Notes: generated from the sequence alone by a model not told the origin. 64,000 bases of DNA from an uncultured virus (IMG/VR IMGVR_UViG_2841800567_000010) (IMGVR_UViG_2841800567_000010); one strand, 5' to 3'. Positions 44,739 to 53,802 are shown, counted from the first letter of the stretch. Numbers and translations: made by a program.

Positions 44739-45310
44739 GCCGCCTCTCTTTGTTTAATCAATACCCGCAATTTAGCCCTGTACAAAGCACGTAGCGCGTC
44801 CAGTTCTTCACGGGTGTATCGGTGAGGGTTGTTGTCAGATTCGAGCGCCAGAACGCGCTGGAGGCCAATTTTTGCTATGAGGCTGATGCGGTATTGCTGC
44901 TGATTTCCTGATAACTGGACGTTACAGCGATGACACTGTTTCGCTATATTGTCCTCGTGGTAGCGCAAATGTGATGCCGCGCCTCTTGACCTGAAGTGCC
45001 CCGCTTCCCACTGAACTGTTTCCCATGTTCCGCAACTGATACAAGGAGACGCTCGATCCCTCTCCCGGATATAGTCATTCACAACCCGCTGCGTCATATC
45101 CTCCCAATGCTTAAGGGGCCTGAGGTCTGCTTTGCGCTTGCGCAAAGATTTCCGCTCCGCCTTTGCCAGCTTTTCGGCTTCAGCTCGTCGGTTAAACGTA
45201 ATAGCGCATTTGTATTCGTGGCAGACTTTCTGAAGAGAACTTCGGGGGATGTATTCGGTGTCGCAGATGGGGCACTTCTTCGGCTTCGGAAGCTTGATGC
45301 CTTTAGCCAT
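44735..45310 (-). CDS. ninG: NinG/Rap recombination endonuclease
   Basis: YIRERD...CISCG...AGHFRSRG...QCHRCN. Confidence 0.92.
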   Translation of the reverse strand: MAKGIKLPKPKKCPICDTEYIPRSSLQKVCHEYKCAITFNRRAEAEKLAKAERKSLRKRKADLRPLKHWEDMTQRVVNDYIRERDRASPCISCGTWETVQWEAGHFRSRGAASHLRYHEDNIAKQCHRCNVQLSGNQQQYRISLIAKIGLQRVLALESDNNPHRYTREELDALRALYRAKLRVLIKQREAA

Positions 45311-46166
45311 AGATTGCCTCCATATAAGCCTCAATAAAGTGCCTTGCGGCTTCAGCGTTTATCGCATTTCCATAGCCTTTTAATCGGCCAGTTCGGTTGC
45401 GGCCAGCCAGTGCTCGTAGTGAGGACTTGCCGTGTCCCAGGTCTTTGGCAAACCTTGCAACCAGCGGGAATGTGCCGGATTCAACTGGGCGCCAGCTGCC
45501 ATCTCGACAAAATAGCCAGTCTGCATCACGCCAAAAACCGTTAACCTCAAGGGGCCGCAAATTGCCGCAAAATCCTGAGTTCTCTGCTGCGCTTTCGAAC
45601 CGTCCGGCCGGTACATAGACATTGCTCGATCCATTGATGGAGACCGGTCGTTGTTGCTGGCTGTCGGCGTGGGCCACCCAGTAAGCTCTTTCTCTGATGT
45701 GCGGCGCACCGATGCTCGCTGCCGTAAACGGCGTAAGCCCGAAGGCGTATCCCATTCCTTCCAGGTCTGCCTGTACAAGGTCGAACCATGCGTTTGCGTT
45801 ACCTGCTGCAACCTGCTCGCCAAAAATGTGCTGAGGCTTGCACTTTTCAATGAGGTACTGGAATGCTGGCCATAGGTGCCGCTCGTCATCAAACCCATTT
45901 CCTTTGCCTGCCGCGCTGAAAGGTTGGCACGGGCAACTTCCTGTCCAGACTGGTTGATCGTCTCGCCATCCGGCCTGGCGCAATGCGTAGCTCCAGACTC
46001 CAACGCCGGCGAAAAAGTGGCATTGGGTAAATCCTCGCAAATCATTTGGTGTAACATCTTCAATGCTCCTTTCGTCAACTACGCCGGCGGCGATGTGTCC
46101 TGCTTCGATTAGGTTGCGCAGCCACTGTGCTGCATACGGATCAATTTCGTTGTAATAGGCAGCCAT
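45303..46166 (-). CDS. DNA cytosine-5 methyltransferase, alpha subunit
   Basis: YYNEID, FFAGVG (motif I), GSCPCQPFS (IV), EQV (VI), HIRER (VIII), YGNAI (X). Confidence 0.9.
   Translation of the reverse strand: MAAYYNEIDPYAAQWLRNLIEAGHIAAGVVDERSIEDVTPNDLRGFTQCHFFAGVGVWSYALRQAGWRDDQPVWTGSCPCQPFSAAGKGNGFDDERHLWPAFQYLIEKCKPQHIFGEQVAAGNANAWFDLVQADLEGMGYAFGLTPFTAASIGAPHIRERAYWVAHADSQQQRPVSINGSSNVYVPAGRFESAAENSGFCGNLRPLEVNGFWRDADWLFCRDGSWRPVESGTFPLVARFAKDLGHGKSSLRALAGRNRTGRLKGYGNAINAEAARHFIEAYMEAIYG
45380..46078 (-). CDS. Putative MTase beta subunit in an overlapping frame (start uncertain)
   Basis: 232-codon nested ORF with WPTPTA and LNPAHSRWLQGLP..W (motif IX-like). Confidence 0.7.
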   Translation of the reverse strand: MTKGALKMLHQMICEDLPNATFSPALESGATHCARPDGETINQSGQEVARANLSARQAKEMGLMTSGTYGQHSSTSLKSASLSTFLASRLQQVTQTHGSTLYRQTWKEWDTPSGLRRLRQRASVRRTSEKELTGWPTPTASNNDRSPSMDRAMSMYRPDGSKAQQRTQDFAAICGPLRLTVFGVMQTGYFVEMAAGAQLNPAHSRWLQGLPKTWDTASPHYEHWLAATELAD

Positions 46167-46167
46167 A

Positions 46168-46368
46168 TCAGCTCCAGATTCTTTGTTGATACGTCCTGTC
46201 CTGCCGTGGCTCGCGGTTGTATTCAGGCAGCAGCGCACTGACCAGCCAGAGGCGGGGATCGGTAGCGAGCGTCTTTTTTGTCTGAATTTTGCGGGCGGCG
46301 TAGCGGGAGAGGAGTTCGGCGGCAGTATCGGTATCAACAGGGTCATGGACGAACCAGGTTAGCTGCAT
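46168..46368 (-). CDS. Phage hypothetical protein
   Basis: GGAGG RBS, MQLTWFVHDP...WLVSALLPE. Confidence 0.65.
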   Translation of the reverse strand: MQLTWFVHDPVDTDTAAELLSRYAARKIQTKKTLATDPRLWLVSALLPEYNREPRQDRTYQQRIWS

Positions 46369-46732
46369 TGCGCACCTCCCTGAGCAACCGGTCCATGGCG
46401 TATACCTGACTGCTACTCCTGCAGTTCTCGAAAACTCCGTTCGATTCCAGCTCAGCCTGGCGCATGGGCTCCTTCCACTCCTGCAGGATTTTCGGCTTAG
46501 GAGCACTCGGCCTTACGGTGCTTTTCTCAGGCACAAAATCAGGGTTGAGACGATAGGCTGTTTTATGTCCGCCGCCCTGAGAGAGCAGTTCGCCGGATTT
46601 GCGCATTCGGGATAAACATGGCCCCGTACCAAACGGCGAGTGCCCGCCCGAGCAGATGTAATTGTGTATGTCGCCGGTTAAAACGAACCCCTTGCCAGAG
46701 AGGTAATTTCTGATCAGTTCTTTTACGGTCAT
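46343..46732 (-). CDS. Hypothetical wHTH-like protein
   Basis: Coupled to ninB; LSRMRKSGEL...YRL. Confidence 0.6.
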   Translation of the reverse strand: MTVKELIRNYLSGKGFVLTGDIHNYICSGGHSPFGTGPCLSRMRKSGELLSQGGGHKTAYRLNPDFVPEKSTVRPSAPKPKILQEWKEPMRQAELESNGVFENCRSSSQVYAMDRLLREVRNAANLVRP

Positions 46733-47166
46733 GCTGCCCTCCCGAAATAATCATTGCTGTAGCGAACCTCGCGCAGCTTCACGCCGTTACCGACTGCCCA
46801 GGCCGTTGAGTATTCGATGAGGCTGGTCATGCGCTTGATTCCCATTTTCGCGGTCGATTCCCGGATGTTGCAAAACTCACCCTCAAGTCCAGCAACAACT
46901 TCTGCCCCAAGACCGGTCGCTACTGCATGGCCGGAAACGAACAAAGTTTTCCATTGCACCAGATTTCGCGGCTTCTCCATCCACAGGCATTGCTTGGCCA
47001 CGTCGCCACACAGCGCATGAAACATGCTGTTCTGAAGGAGTGAGCGGTCAAAGTCGGTAATGCGTACTGTGAGTGGGTGGTGGTCATTCAGGGGAAGTTT
47101 ATTGATTGCTTCTATCAGGTTTCGTCGTACCTGCTCATTTCTGAGGAAGAACGTTTGTTTCTCCAT
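46729..47166 (-). CDS. ninB: NinB recombination protein
   Basis: RSLLQNSMFHAL.GDVAKQ...WK.LF. Confidence 0.9.
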   Translation of the reverse strand: MEKQTFFLRNEQVRRNLIEAINKLPLNDHHPLTVRITDFDRSLLQNSMFHALCGDVAKQCLWMEKPRNLVQWKTLFVSGHAVATGLGAEVVAGLEGEFCNIRESTAKMGIKRMTSLIEYSTAWAVGNGVKLREVRYSNDYFGRAA

Positions 47167-47215
47167 CGATTACCTCATATACAAAAAACCCCGCCGGGTG
47201 GCAGGGTCTTGTAAG

Positions 47216-47869
47216 TTAATTAATCTGTCGAATTTGGGGGATGATGTAGCGCCAGCGGTAAGCTGACGGGTCAATATTCTTTGTCTCCCGCTGAAGAATT
47301 TCTTTCACATTTCGCAGCGTGTGACGGGACTCAAATGCCATGTCGTGGCATTCCCCCGAGTACTGCGATGAAAGTTGTTTCAAACCGGGATACAGCATTT
47401 CGGCACCTTTGCGCATATTGTCTGCCACTTTCCACAGCCAGCAGAGTGAGCAAAGTTCTTCTTCCGTCAGTGATAGCGTGTGAATGTTGTATGCGACTGC
47501 TTCTGCCTGAGTAGCTGGAGAGTGCATCGTCGGCTTGCCTGCTTCACTGTCGAGAATATCCAGCACCCAGCGACGGAATTCTTTTGCTACTGGCGTGTCG
47601 GACATCATGCCGACCAAATGAGCACCGCGAAGAGAGAACACTCTGACGGATTTCTTACGTAAGCTATTGTTTATGCCGTTGGTATTCAATTTGAGTACCA
47701 ATGACATTGAATCAGTAAACTCATCCTGATGGCGGTTGTAGATGCCAGAAACAGCACGAACGTTAGAATATTTCAAAGCTGTTGCGAGTTCTGCTGACGT
47801 GAACCATATCTGGTTACTGTGGTGTACGAGGTTAAATTTAACGTCATGAAATGCGAGCTGAGTGGTCAT
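47216..47869 (-). CDS. BRO-N / P22AR-C antirepressor
   Basis: WFTSAELATALKY...FSLRGAHL...AKEFRRWVLDIL; EELCSLCWLW. Confidence 0.88.
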   Translation of the reverse strand: MTTQLAFHDVKFNLVHHSNQIWFTSAELATALKYSNVRAVSGIYNRHQDEFTDSMSLVLKLNTNGINNSLRKKSVRVFSLRGAHLVGMMSDTPVAKEFRRWVLDILDSEAGKPTMHSPATQAEAVAYNIHTLSLTEEELCSLCWLWKVADNMRKGAEMLYPGLKQLSSQYSGECHDMAFESRHTLRNVKEILQRETKNIDPSAYRWRYIIPQIRQIN

Positions 47870-47923
47870 GATGACCTCCAGTGGTTTCTTTGTATTTCCA
47901 CCACCTTCGAGACCAATCTTGGG

Positions 47924-47998
47924 TGGTGAGCTAAACAAGGTTGGTCTTGCCGGAGAAACCGCCCGGTGAGCCTATCGGCTCCCCCATCCAGCTCACCA
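47924..47998 (-). ncRNA. c4-type antisense RNA
   Basis: TGGTGAGCT/AGCTCACCA closing stem; AGACCAA and GGTTTC segments complementary to duplicated flanking targets. Confidence 0.8.
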
Positions 47999-48106
47999 TA
48001 GAGGTAAGGCTGTCAGGCAACAAAAAACACGCTCGCGGCGTGTGTCATGTCGCGGTTTCATCAGCAGGAGACCAATCCCGACACCAGATTTTGCTGGTGC
48101 AGGCAA

Positions 48107-48136
48107 AATGTAGCCCGACCACTGACAGACAGTCAA
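48107..48136 (-). promoter_or_regulatory. Promoter of the c4-ant operon
   Basis: TTGACT-18 nt-TACATT. Confidence 0.6.
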
Positions 48137-48320
48137 TATTTTTCATCGAAATGTCCTGATTGCGTAAAACGCTCTGCATCGCGTTCTGAGAGGTTTTTAT
48201 TCTGAGACTTGTGCTTGTCGCTTTGTTTAAAAAAACTCAAGCAGATGGCTTACAGGCGTGTTTATGGCCGTTTTAAATCTCACTCCCTCCCCGCTCTGAT
48301 CCAAAAAACAAGGGCCGCTA

Positions 48321-49082
48321 TCACACCAACCCTACCGATTTGCGGCGTTTGTATTCGGCATATAGCCACTGTGCTGGAGTAACCGATCCCAGAACGCGGG
48401 CATCTGCCATCCAGCGCATCTTCAAATCGTCTCCTGTTGGTTGGTCGTTTACCGGCATCACATCGCGCTTCACTTCCAAACTTGCAACAGGGTCGGGAAT
48501 GCTATGCCCCGCTGCGACCTTCTTCGACCATTCGTCCAGTTGTTTAGCGGCGTACTTCTCGACTTCAGCCTCGCTGAGTTGTCTTTGGTACATGGCCCGG
48601 CGAGTGTCACAGACAATCCAGTACATTACCGGCTTCGACCAGGGGAACCGTTCCGCGCCGCCGGTGTGCAAGCCCTTCTCTCTGTTGTAGCGGTGAAACT
48701 CCTGCATGACCTCCTGGACTGTGACGCCGAGAATTACTGAGCTGTCTTTGCACCAGCTGATGAACTTTCCCGGCGAAGGCCAGAAGTCGGAATTACTCGC
48801 TCTGGCATGCCGGACACCTGCGGAAAGCTGCTCTCTGGTTTTGATGCCGTTCTCGGCGAACGCTGCTATCCACTGGCGTTTGGTGGTTTTCTCGGCCTCC
48901 TCGCCCCTCAGGCTTGTGCTGACTGATGCCGGGAATATTTGCTTCAGCTGCCTGAAAAGCGCGTCTACCAGCTGTTCAACTTCACTGCTGATGACTTTCT
49001 CTGTCTCATAACGACCGCCAGCCATACGAGCCATAGCGGAGCCATCACGATTGTTAATCGCTTCTACGAGTTGCAGGCTCAT
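48321..49082 (-). CDS. Replication protein P (lambda P-like)
   Basis: KRQWIAAFAENGI...FWPSPGKFISWC. Confidence 0.9.
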   Translation of the reverse strand: MSLQLVEAINNRDGSAMARMAGGRYETEKVISSEVEQLVDALFRQLKQIFPASVSTSLRGEEAEKTTKRQWIAAFAENGIKTREQLSAGVRHARASNSDFWPSPGKFISWCKDSSVILGVTVQEVMQEFHRYNREKGLHTGGAERFPWSKPVMYWIVCDTRRAMYQRQLSEAEVEKYAAKQLDEWSKKVAAGHSIPDPVASLEVKRDVMPVNDQPTGDDLKMRWMADARVLGSVTPAQWLYAEYKRRKSVGLV

Positions 49083-49780
49083 ATGAAATCCTCCCAGCCC
49101 TCACGGCTATTCCAGTGTGGGGTTTGCTGCACAGATCCGGGTTTAATACCGAGCTTCACGGCCTGCTTGTTCTGGTAGCTAATTTTTTGACTTGCAGTGA
49201 TAAACCAGTTTTTTGGCTTGTCGTGGCTGAACTCGATATCCAGCTTCTGAAGCTCGTACACCAGATCGATGCTTGAGTAGAGATCGGCCCACAACTTAAA
49301 ATCGGCGTGGTTTAGCTTCACGACATTGCCTTCAAAGGCGTAACGAGAAACGTCGAGTTGATTGTTATGGGGAGCGTGAGCAACTGGTGTTTCTTTAGGT
49401 TCTATGACTGGTTCAAAAGAGTGACTGGTTCTGGGTGACTCTGTGTCACCAGGTGGGTGACTCTGTGTCACTACCCCCGGTAACTTTCTGACACCAGGTG
49501 GTGACTCTGTGTCACCACATAAAACGAGATGATAAATGTTGCTTGAATTCCCTTTTGGACCTGATCGATATTCCTTTCTGAGCAGCCCGCATTCACATAA
49601 ATCATCTATGTGTCGCATCACTGATCTCTTACTAATTTCACATTGATCCGCGATATGCTGATAGGAAGGCCAGCACTCTCCCCTGTCATGAGCATTGTCT
49701 GCCAGCTTTATCAGCACTAACTTTCTCAATGGATTGCCAACGGTGATGCTCATGGCTTTAGCCATTAAGTTCATACTCAT
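49079..49780 (-). CDS. Replication initiator (O-like, HTH)
   Basis: RKLVLIKLADNA...CWPSYQHIADQCEIS; contains iterons. Confidence 0.88.
   Translation of the reverse strand: MSMNLMAKAMSITVGNPLRKLVLIKLADNAHDRGECWPSYQHIADQCEISKRSVMRHIDDLCECGLLRKEYRSGPKGNSSNIYHLVLCGDTESPPGVRKLPGVVTQSHPPGDTESPRTSHSFEPVIEPKETPVAHAPHNNQLDVSRYAFEGNVVKLNHADFKLWADLYSSIDLVYELQKLDIEFSHDKPKNWFITASQKISYQNKQAVKLGIKPGSVQQTPHWNSREGWEDFI
49434..49515. repeat. Phage origin iterons
   Basis: GGTGACTCTGTGTCAC at 49434, 49456 and 49500, degenerate copy at 49479; 21-23 bp spacing. Confidence 0.85.
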
Positions 49781-50475
49781 GCTGCTTTTACCTGTACCTG
49801 ATGAGCGGACCAAAGGCCGGCGATCCACTGGATGCCTTTCGGCGTGAATTTAACCTGAGTGAATGCGTGTCCGTTAAGCTGGTTCTCTCCGGTTTTAACG
49901 GTGAACCGCCCGGCGTCGATATGTTGTGAGTAAGGAGTAATCTTTCCGGCCAGCACGTACATGATCTGGCTATCCAGGAGAAACTGGCGAAAAGCGTTCT
50001 CTTTGATGTGGAGCAGCTTGCAGGTTTCTCGGAAACCAAGTGATCCGCTTGCGCTCACGTAGCTGTCGACAAACTGAGCTTTAGGCGCAGCAATGGCAAG
50101 CTGGTTTTCAAGCTGCTGGCGCTGTTCAACCTGATCGGCCCAGGCGCGTGCAGCAATGGCCGGGTTGTTGAAGTCTGGCAACTGAGGACGAATTGCATCT
50201 TCAAGCTCATGCAGCCGTTTAATGACCTTCATGCGTAGCATTGCGTTGTAACCAGTCACCAGGCATTCAGTGTGCTCGCGGTCCAGTGCATACTCAGTTT
50301 GCTGTCGATTCATGCTGTCAAAATAGATACGCTCAAAAGTGAGCGCATCTTCATTCAAGTCAGCCAGCATATTTTCAATGTCGCGCTTAACGTTTTTGTG
50401 TTCCTTGCCGGTTAACTCTGCGATCTCCCGGCTGGTCATTTTCAGGCTGTTACCTGCGATCATATTTCCTGGCAT
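49777..50475 (-). CDS. Rha / KilA-C (Roi-like) protein
   Basis: MTSREIAELTGKEHKNVKRDI; AAPKAQFVD...FTPKG. Confidence 0.88.
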   Translation of the reverse strand: MPGNMIAGNSLKMTSREIAELTGKEHKNVKRDIENMLADLNEDALTFERIYFDSMNRQQTEYALDREHTECLVTGYNAMLRMKVIKRLHELEDAIRPQLPDFNNPAIAARAWADQVEQRQQLENQLAIAAPKAQFVDSYVSASGSLGFRETCKLLHIKENAFRQFLLDSQIMYVLAGKITPYSQHIDAGRFTVKTGENQLNGHAFTQVKFTPKGIQWIAGLWSAHQVQVKAA

Positions 50476-50493
50476 ACTTATCTCCAGACATTG

Positions 50494-50799
50494 TTAGAAA
50501 GACATTGATATCTGAGAAGCCTCAGCTGTTCGTGCAGCCGGGGCTTTTTGCTTTTGTATCTGCGGGATTGCGGCGAGTATCCGCTTCGCTATTTCAAACA
50601 CCTCCGTGTCGTCCACCCCGTACTCCAGGATGGCAATAGCCATTGCAGCCTGCTGAAAGAACCCGTCTTTCATCCTGCTTACTTTCGTATCCGTTAAGCC
50701 CATAAGCTTCGCGAACTTCGTCTGCCCCATAACGGCCAGCTTCCCAAGTAACTGCGACTCAATCCGAGACGCTTTTTTGCGGTACTTTGCAGCTTCCAT
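50494..50799 (-). CDS. cII: CII activator
   Basis: IESQLLGKLAVMGQ..FA...SRMK...LEYGV. Confidence 0.88.
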   Translation of the reverse strand: MEAAKYRKKASRIESQLLGKLAVMGQTKFAKLMGLTDTKVSRMKDGFFQQAAMAIAILEYGVDDTEVFEIAKRILAAIPQIQKQKAPAARTAEASQISMSF

Positions 50800-50861
50800 A
50801 TCAGATAATTTTCCGTGTTAGTTAGTTACGTGCGGCTCCCGTGGGGTGCCACATTGTTTTT

Positions 50862-50900
50862 GGGGTGAAACACCCGCAGCCAGATTGTTTAAAGAGCGGT
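50862..50900 (-). promoter_or_regulatory. nutR (boxA plus hairpin)
   Basis: CGCTCTTTAAACA followed by GGGTGTTTCACCC. Confidence 0.7.
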
Positions 50901-50905
50901 ACTGC

Positions 50906-51121
50906 TTATGCTGCTTTGTTACGTTTGGTGCCGTTCATCAGCCAATTAGCATCACACTGAAGCGCGGCAGCCAGCTCAAACAGAAAGCGCGAGCGCTTCG
51001 TTACGCCGGACTCGATAGACTGTATGGACTGTTGTCGCATACCCGCCTTATCAGCCAACTGCGCCTGGGTCATATTGCGTTCCAGTCGCTTCTGTTTGAG
51101 GCGTTGAGAAAAAGTATCCAT
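50906..51121 (-). CDS. cro: Cro (434-like)
   Basis: MTQAQLA...[14 protein letters not shown]. Confidence 0.92.
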   Translation of the reverse strand: MDTFSQRLKQKRLERNMTQAQLADKAGMRQQSIQSIESGVTKRSRFLFELAAALQCDANWLMNGTKRNKAA

Positions 51122-51133
51122 TGTTTCACCTCC

Positions 51134-51192
51134 ACAGTTTTAACTGTATTCTCCGACAGATAAATCTGTTTGTCAAATACAGTTTTGCCTGT
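51134..51192. promoter_or_regulatory. OR operators and pR
   Basis: ACAG-N6-CTGT at 51134, 51156 and 51179; minus-strand TTGACA-17-GAGAAT. Confidence 0.85.
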
Positions 51193-51220
51193 GAGGATCG
51201 ATATAAATGGAGAGGAACAT

Positions 51221-51850
51221 ATGAGCCTTGCAGATAGAGTTAAAAAAAGAAGAAATGAAACCGGCTTGTCTCAAGCAGAGGCAGCAGAAAAGGCAGGTAT
51301 AAGGCAGCAATCTTGGGCTAGTATTGAGGATGGTAAGACCCTCAAGCCTCGCAATATTGTTGGTATCGCAGAGGCGCTTAAATGTGACCCTGCGTGGCTT
51401 ATGAACGGTGGAGTTTTCCTGCCAGTCAGCGAGGTCAACACAAGGAGGATTCCATTGATCAGCTATGTTCAGGCGGGTGAACTCGCAACTAAAAGCCCAA
51501 TAGAAGCGATGGATGGTAGCTTTGAATACGTAATGACAGACATGGAATGGTCGCACTACACCTTTGCGTTACGGATTGTGGGTGACTCTATGGAGCCAGA
51601 TTTTAAGGCTGGCGATGTGATCATCGTTGACCCCGAGATTGAACCCAGCCCTGGCGAATTTGTTGTCGGTAAGAATGGAGATCACGAGGCCACATTTAAA
51701 AAATACCGGCCAACATCATTCAAGGATGGAGTGCAACACTTTGAGTTGGTTCCACTTAATAACGATTACCCGACCATGAATAGCGCAGAGCGCCACATCA
51801 CTATCATCGGTACGATGGTCGAACACCGGATCTACCGCCGCAAAAGATAA
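51221..51850 (+). CDS. cI: CI repressor (HTH plus S24 peptidase)
   Basis: VQAG cleavage site, GDSM and TFKKY; terminator at 51868-51893. Confidence 0.95.
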   Translation: MSLADRVKKRRNETGLSQAEAAEKAGIRQQSWASIEDGKTLKPRNIVGIAEALKCDPAWLMNGGVFLPVSEVNTRRIPLISYVQAGELATKSPIEAMDGSFEYVMTDMEWSHYTFALRIVGDSMEPDFKAGDVIIVDPEIEPSPGEFVVGKNGDHEATFKKYRPTSFKDGVQHFELVPLNNDYPTMNSAERHITIIGTMVEHRIYRRKR

Positions 51851-51953
51851 ACCCACCTACGCATTGAAGCCGCCTTCCGGGCGGTTTTTTTTCGCCTTTA
51901 CAAAAATAAATCTGTTTCAGATACAAGCATATACAGTTTAACTTAAAATAAAT

Positions 51954-51996
51954 ACAGTTTTACCTGTTGACCACTTAACAGTTTTGTCTGTATATT
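51954..51996 (+). promoter_or_regulatory. OL operators and pL
   Basis: ACAG-N6-CTGT at 51954 and 51978; TTGACC-18-TATATT. Confidence 0.8.
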
Positions 51997-52038
51997 TGTT
52001 CCATCAGCAGGACGCTGGCAGACACGAAACGGACTTAC

Positions 52039-52259
52039 CGCTCTTTAACAATCAGGACTGAGGGTGATACACCCCACCAAAGTGCAGTTGGCTTTGGGAT
52101 TGGATGAATGCGCAGGCTGATGCGCACCGAGATCGCAATGTAAGTCGCTATGCGCAGTGATAGATGGTATGCGCGGCGTAATGCCGTACAAGGTCTGGTT
52201 TAGTGCCATCCAGAATGCCGGAAATTACACAGCACCGGCCATCCAATCACCTAAGCCAA
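52039..52259 (+). promoter_or_regulatory. nutL and N-leader RNase III-type stem
   Basis: boxA CGCTCTTTAACA, GGGTGATACACCC hairpin; long stem 52088-52106 / 52240-52259. Confidence 0.7.
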
Positions 52260-52273
52260 TTACAGGAGGCTCT

Positions 52274-52525
52274 ATGCCACGCAATAAGCAAAAGAATCTG
52301 GCCCGAGCCGCAGCGCACCGGGCTGAGAAGCAGAAAGATATGCGGTTAGGCCGCAAGGTTGAGGCAGCCATGACCGGCTGCTCTGACCGCGTACTGAAAG
52401 CAGTCACCCAGGCACCTAACTGGCGTGTTAAGCCAGTTGAAAGCGCATCCATTTGTTTGCCCGAGGTCGCGCAGTTTGCCGCCGGGTTCCGCAAGCCAAC
52501 AAAGAGCATTTATCCAGCGAGGTGA
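52274..52525 (+). CDS. N-like early antiterminator
   Basis: AGGAGG RBS, basic N-terminus, CLPEVAQFAAGFRK. Confidence 0.75.
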   Translation: MPRNKQKNLARAAAHRAEKQKDMRLGRKVEAAMTGCSDRVLKAVTQAPNWRVKPVESASICLPEVAQFAAGFRKPTKSIYPAR

Positions 52526-52529
52526 CAGC

Positions 52530-53021
52530 GTGAGTAAGCGATTGGAGGTTCTGACAGCCTCTCTGGCAAAGAAAGAGGCGAGGTTTGATAAGCGATTACA
52601 GAATCACTTCGAAACAGTTGCTCAGGCTAATGGGCAGCCACTCAACGATAAGCGCAATGGACGCTCAACGCTGAATAAGTGGGATAAGCAGAGTGATGGA
52701 CTAAGGTCTTTACAAGACGGCATTCAGCGTACAAAAGATGCAATCGAGCGTGAGGAGAATAAAATTACTCTCGCCAGTACAGTTGACCTTCTGCTATACA
52801 TTCAGCAGGCGATTGATGAAGGGATAATAAGCCAATGGCGGAAATTTCCTCGTTTTTTCTTCGTAACTGGCGTTAAACATGGACGCATAGTATTAGATGA
52901 AAATACCGGAATTATTTCTCACAGATATTTGAGCAAAGTTTCGAAAGAAGAATATCCAGTATTTCGGGATGTATTTAACAAGATTAATAAGCAATGCAGG
53001 GAATCACAACAGGCAGCATAA
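52530..53021 (+). CDS. Phage hypothetical protein
   Basis: GAGG RBS, GTG start, ANGQPLNDKRNG. Confidence 0.65.
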   Translation: MSKRLEVLTASLAKKEARFDKRLQNHFETVAQANGQPLNDKRNGRSTLNKWDKQSDGLRSLQDGIQRTKDAIEREENKITLASTVDLLLYIQQAIDEGIISQWRKFPRFFFVTGVKHGRIVLDENTGIISHRYLSKVSKEEYPVFRDVFNKINKQCRESQQAA

Positions 53022-53065
53022 GCTGCCATTTTTATTTTACATACAGCGTGACGGTGAGGTAATTA

Positions 53066-53275
53066 ATGGGAACGCCCACGGGGAATTATGTCACCTTTAC
53101 AAAAGGTCTTGGTCGCGGTAGTGACTATTTTGGACCCTGTGAAGTGTGTGGAAAGCATGTATCAGAGACATTCGTAGCACGGGTTAAACGGGAATGGAAG
53201 CGCGAAAATGGAGAACTTTATTATGGTTGCGCCCCCAGCCTTTATGGTCATGAAAAATGTGTTACTAAGAGATAA
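53066..53275 (+). CDS. Small Cys/His hypothetical protein
   Basis: GAGG RBS; CEVCGKH...GHEKC; terminator at 53276-53298. Confidence 0.6.
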   Translation: MGTPTGNYVTFTKGLGRGSDYFGPCEVCGKHVSETFVARVKREWKRENGELYYGCAPSLYGHEKCVTKR

Positions 53276-53321
53276 AAGGCCGCAAAAGCGGCTTTTTTAC
53301 GCCTTAATATCAGGAGGGGGA

Positions 53322-53561
53322 ATGAGTAAAGAAACAGGTGGGCCAGCTTTTGCTCAAAGCGGATTTGTATCGGCAGCAGGTCAGAGCTTTGTTAGTGAAG
53401 ATTGTGGTGGTGCTGGTATGACGCTTCGCGATTATTTTGCAGCCGAGGCAATTAACGGAATCTTGTCTGATTCTGATGCAGGATTGCTTGACGACGACCT
53501 GCAATGTTATGCGGGGATTTCATATCGGCTTGCAGACGCCATGCTCGAAGCCCGCAAATAA
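53322..53561 (+). CDS. Phage hypothetical protein
   Basis: GGPAF...GMTLRDYFAA...ADAMLEAR. Confidence 0.75.
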   Translation: MSKETGGPAFAQSGFVSAAGQSFVSEDCGGAGMTLRDYFAAEAINGILSDSDAGLLDDDLQCYAGISYRLADAMLEARK

Positions 53562-53578
53562 CCCTGTAAGGAGAGAAG

Positions 53579-53802
53579 ATGGAAGAATTGATAGAAAAAA
53601 TAAAAAAATTTACCCAGCCGCTGATAACGCATTTTCATATTGCGACATGGATTTCTCTCAGCGTATGGATGCAATAAAAAAGTGGAATGCTTTATTGACG
53701 CCTGAAAATATTATGGGGCTAATTAAATACATTGAAGATAAAGACGAAGAAATTGAGCAACTTCAGGAGAAAGTATATTTACTTATAGAACAAATTGAGT
53801 GA
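53579..53802 (+). pseudogene. Ead/Ea22-like small gene, -1 frameshift at an A7 run
   Basis: AAGGAG RBS, MEELIEKIKK, then -1 frame ...LLTPENIMGLI. Confidence 0.5.

Noticed and set aside
46167..46346. N-terminal extension of the MTase ORF
   Set aside because: Overlaps the upstream gene; the RBS and motif start are at 46166.
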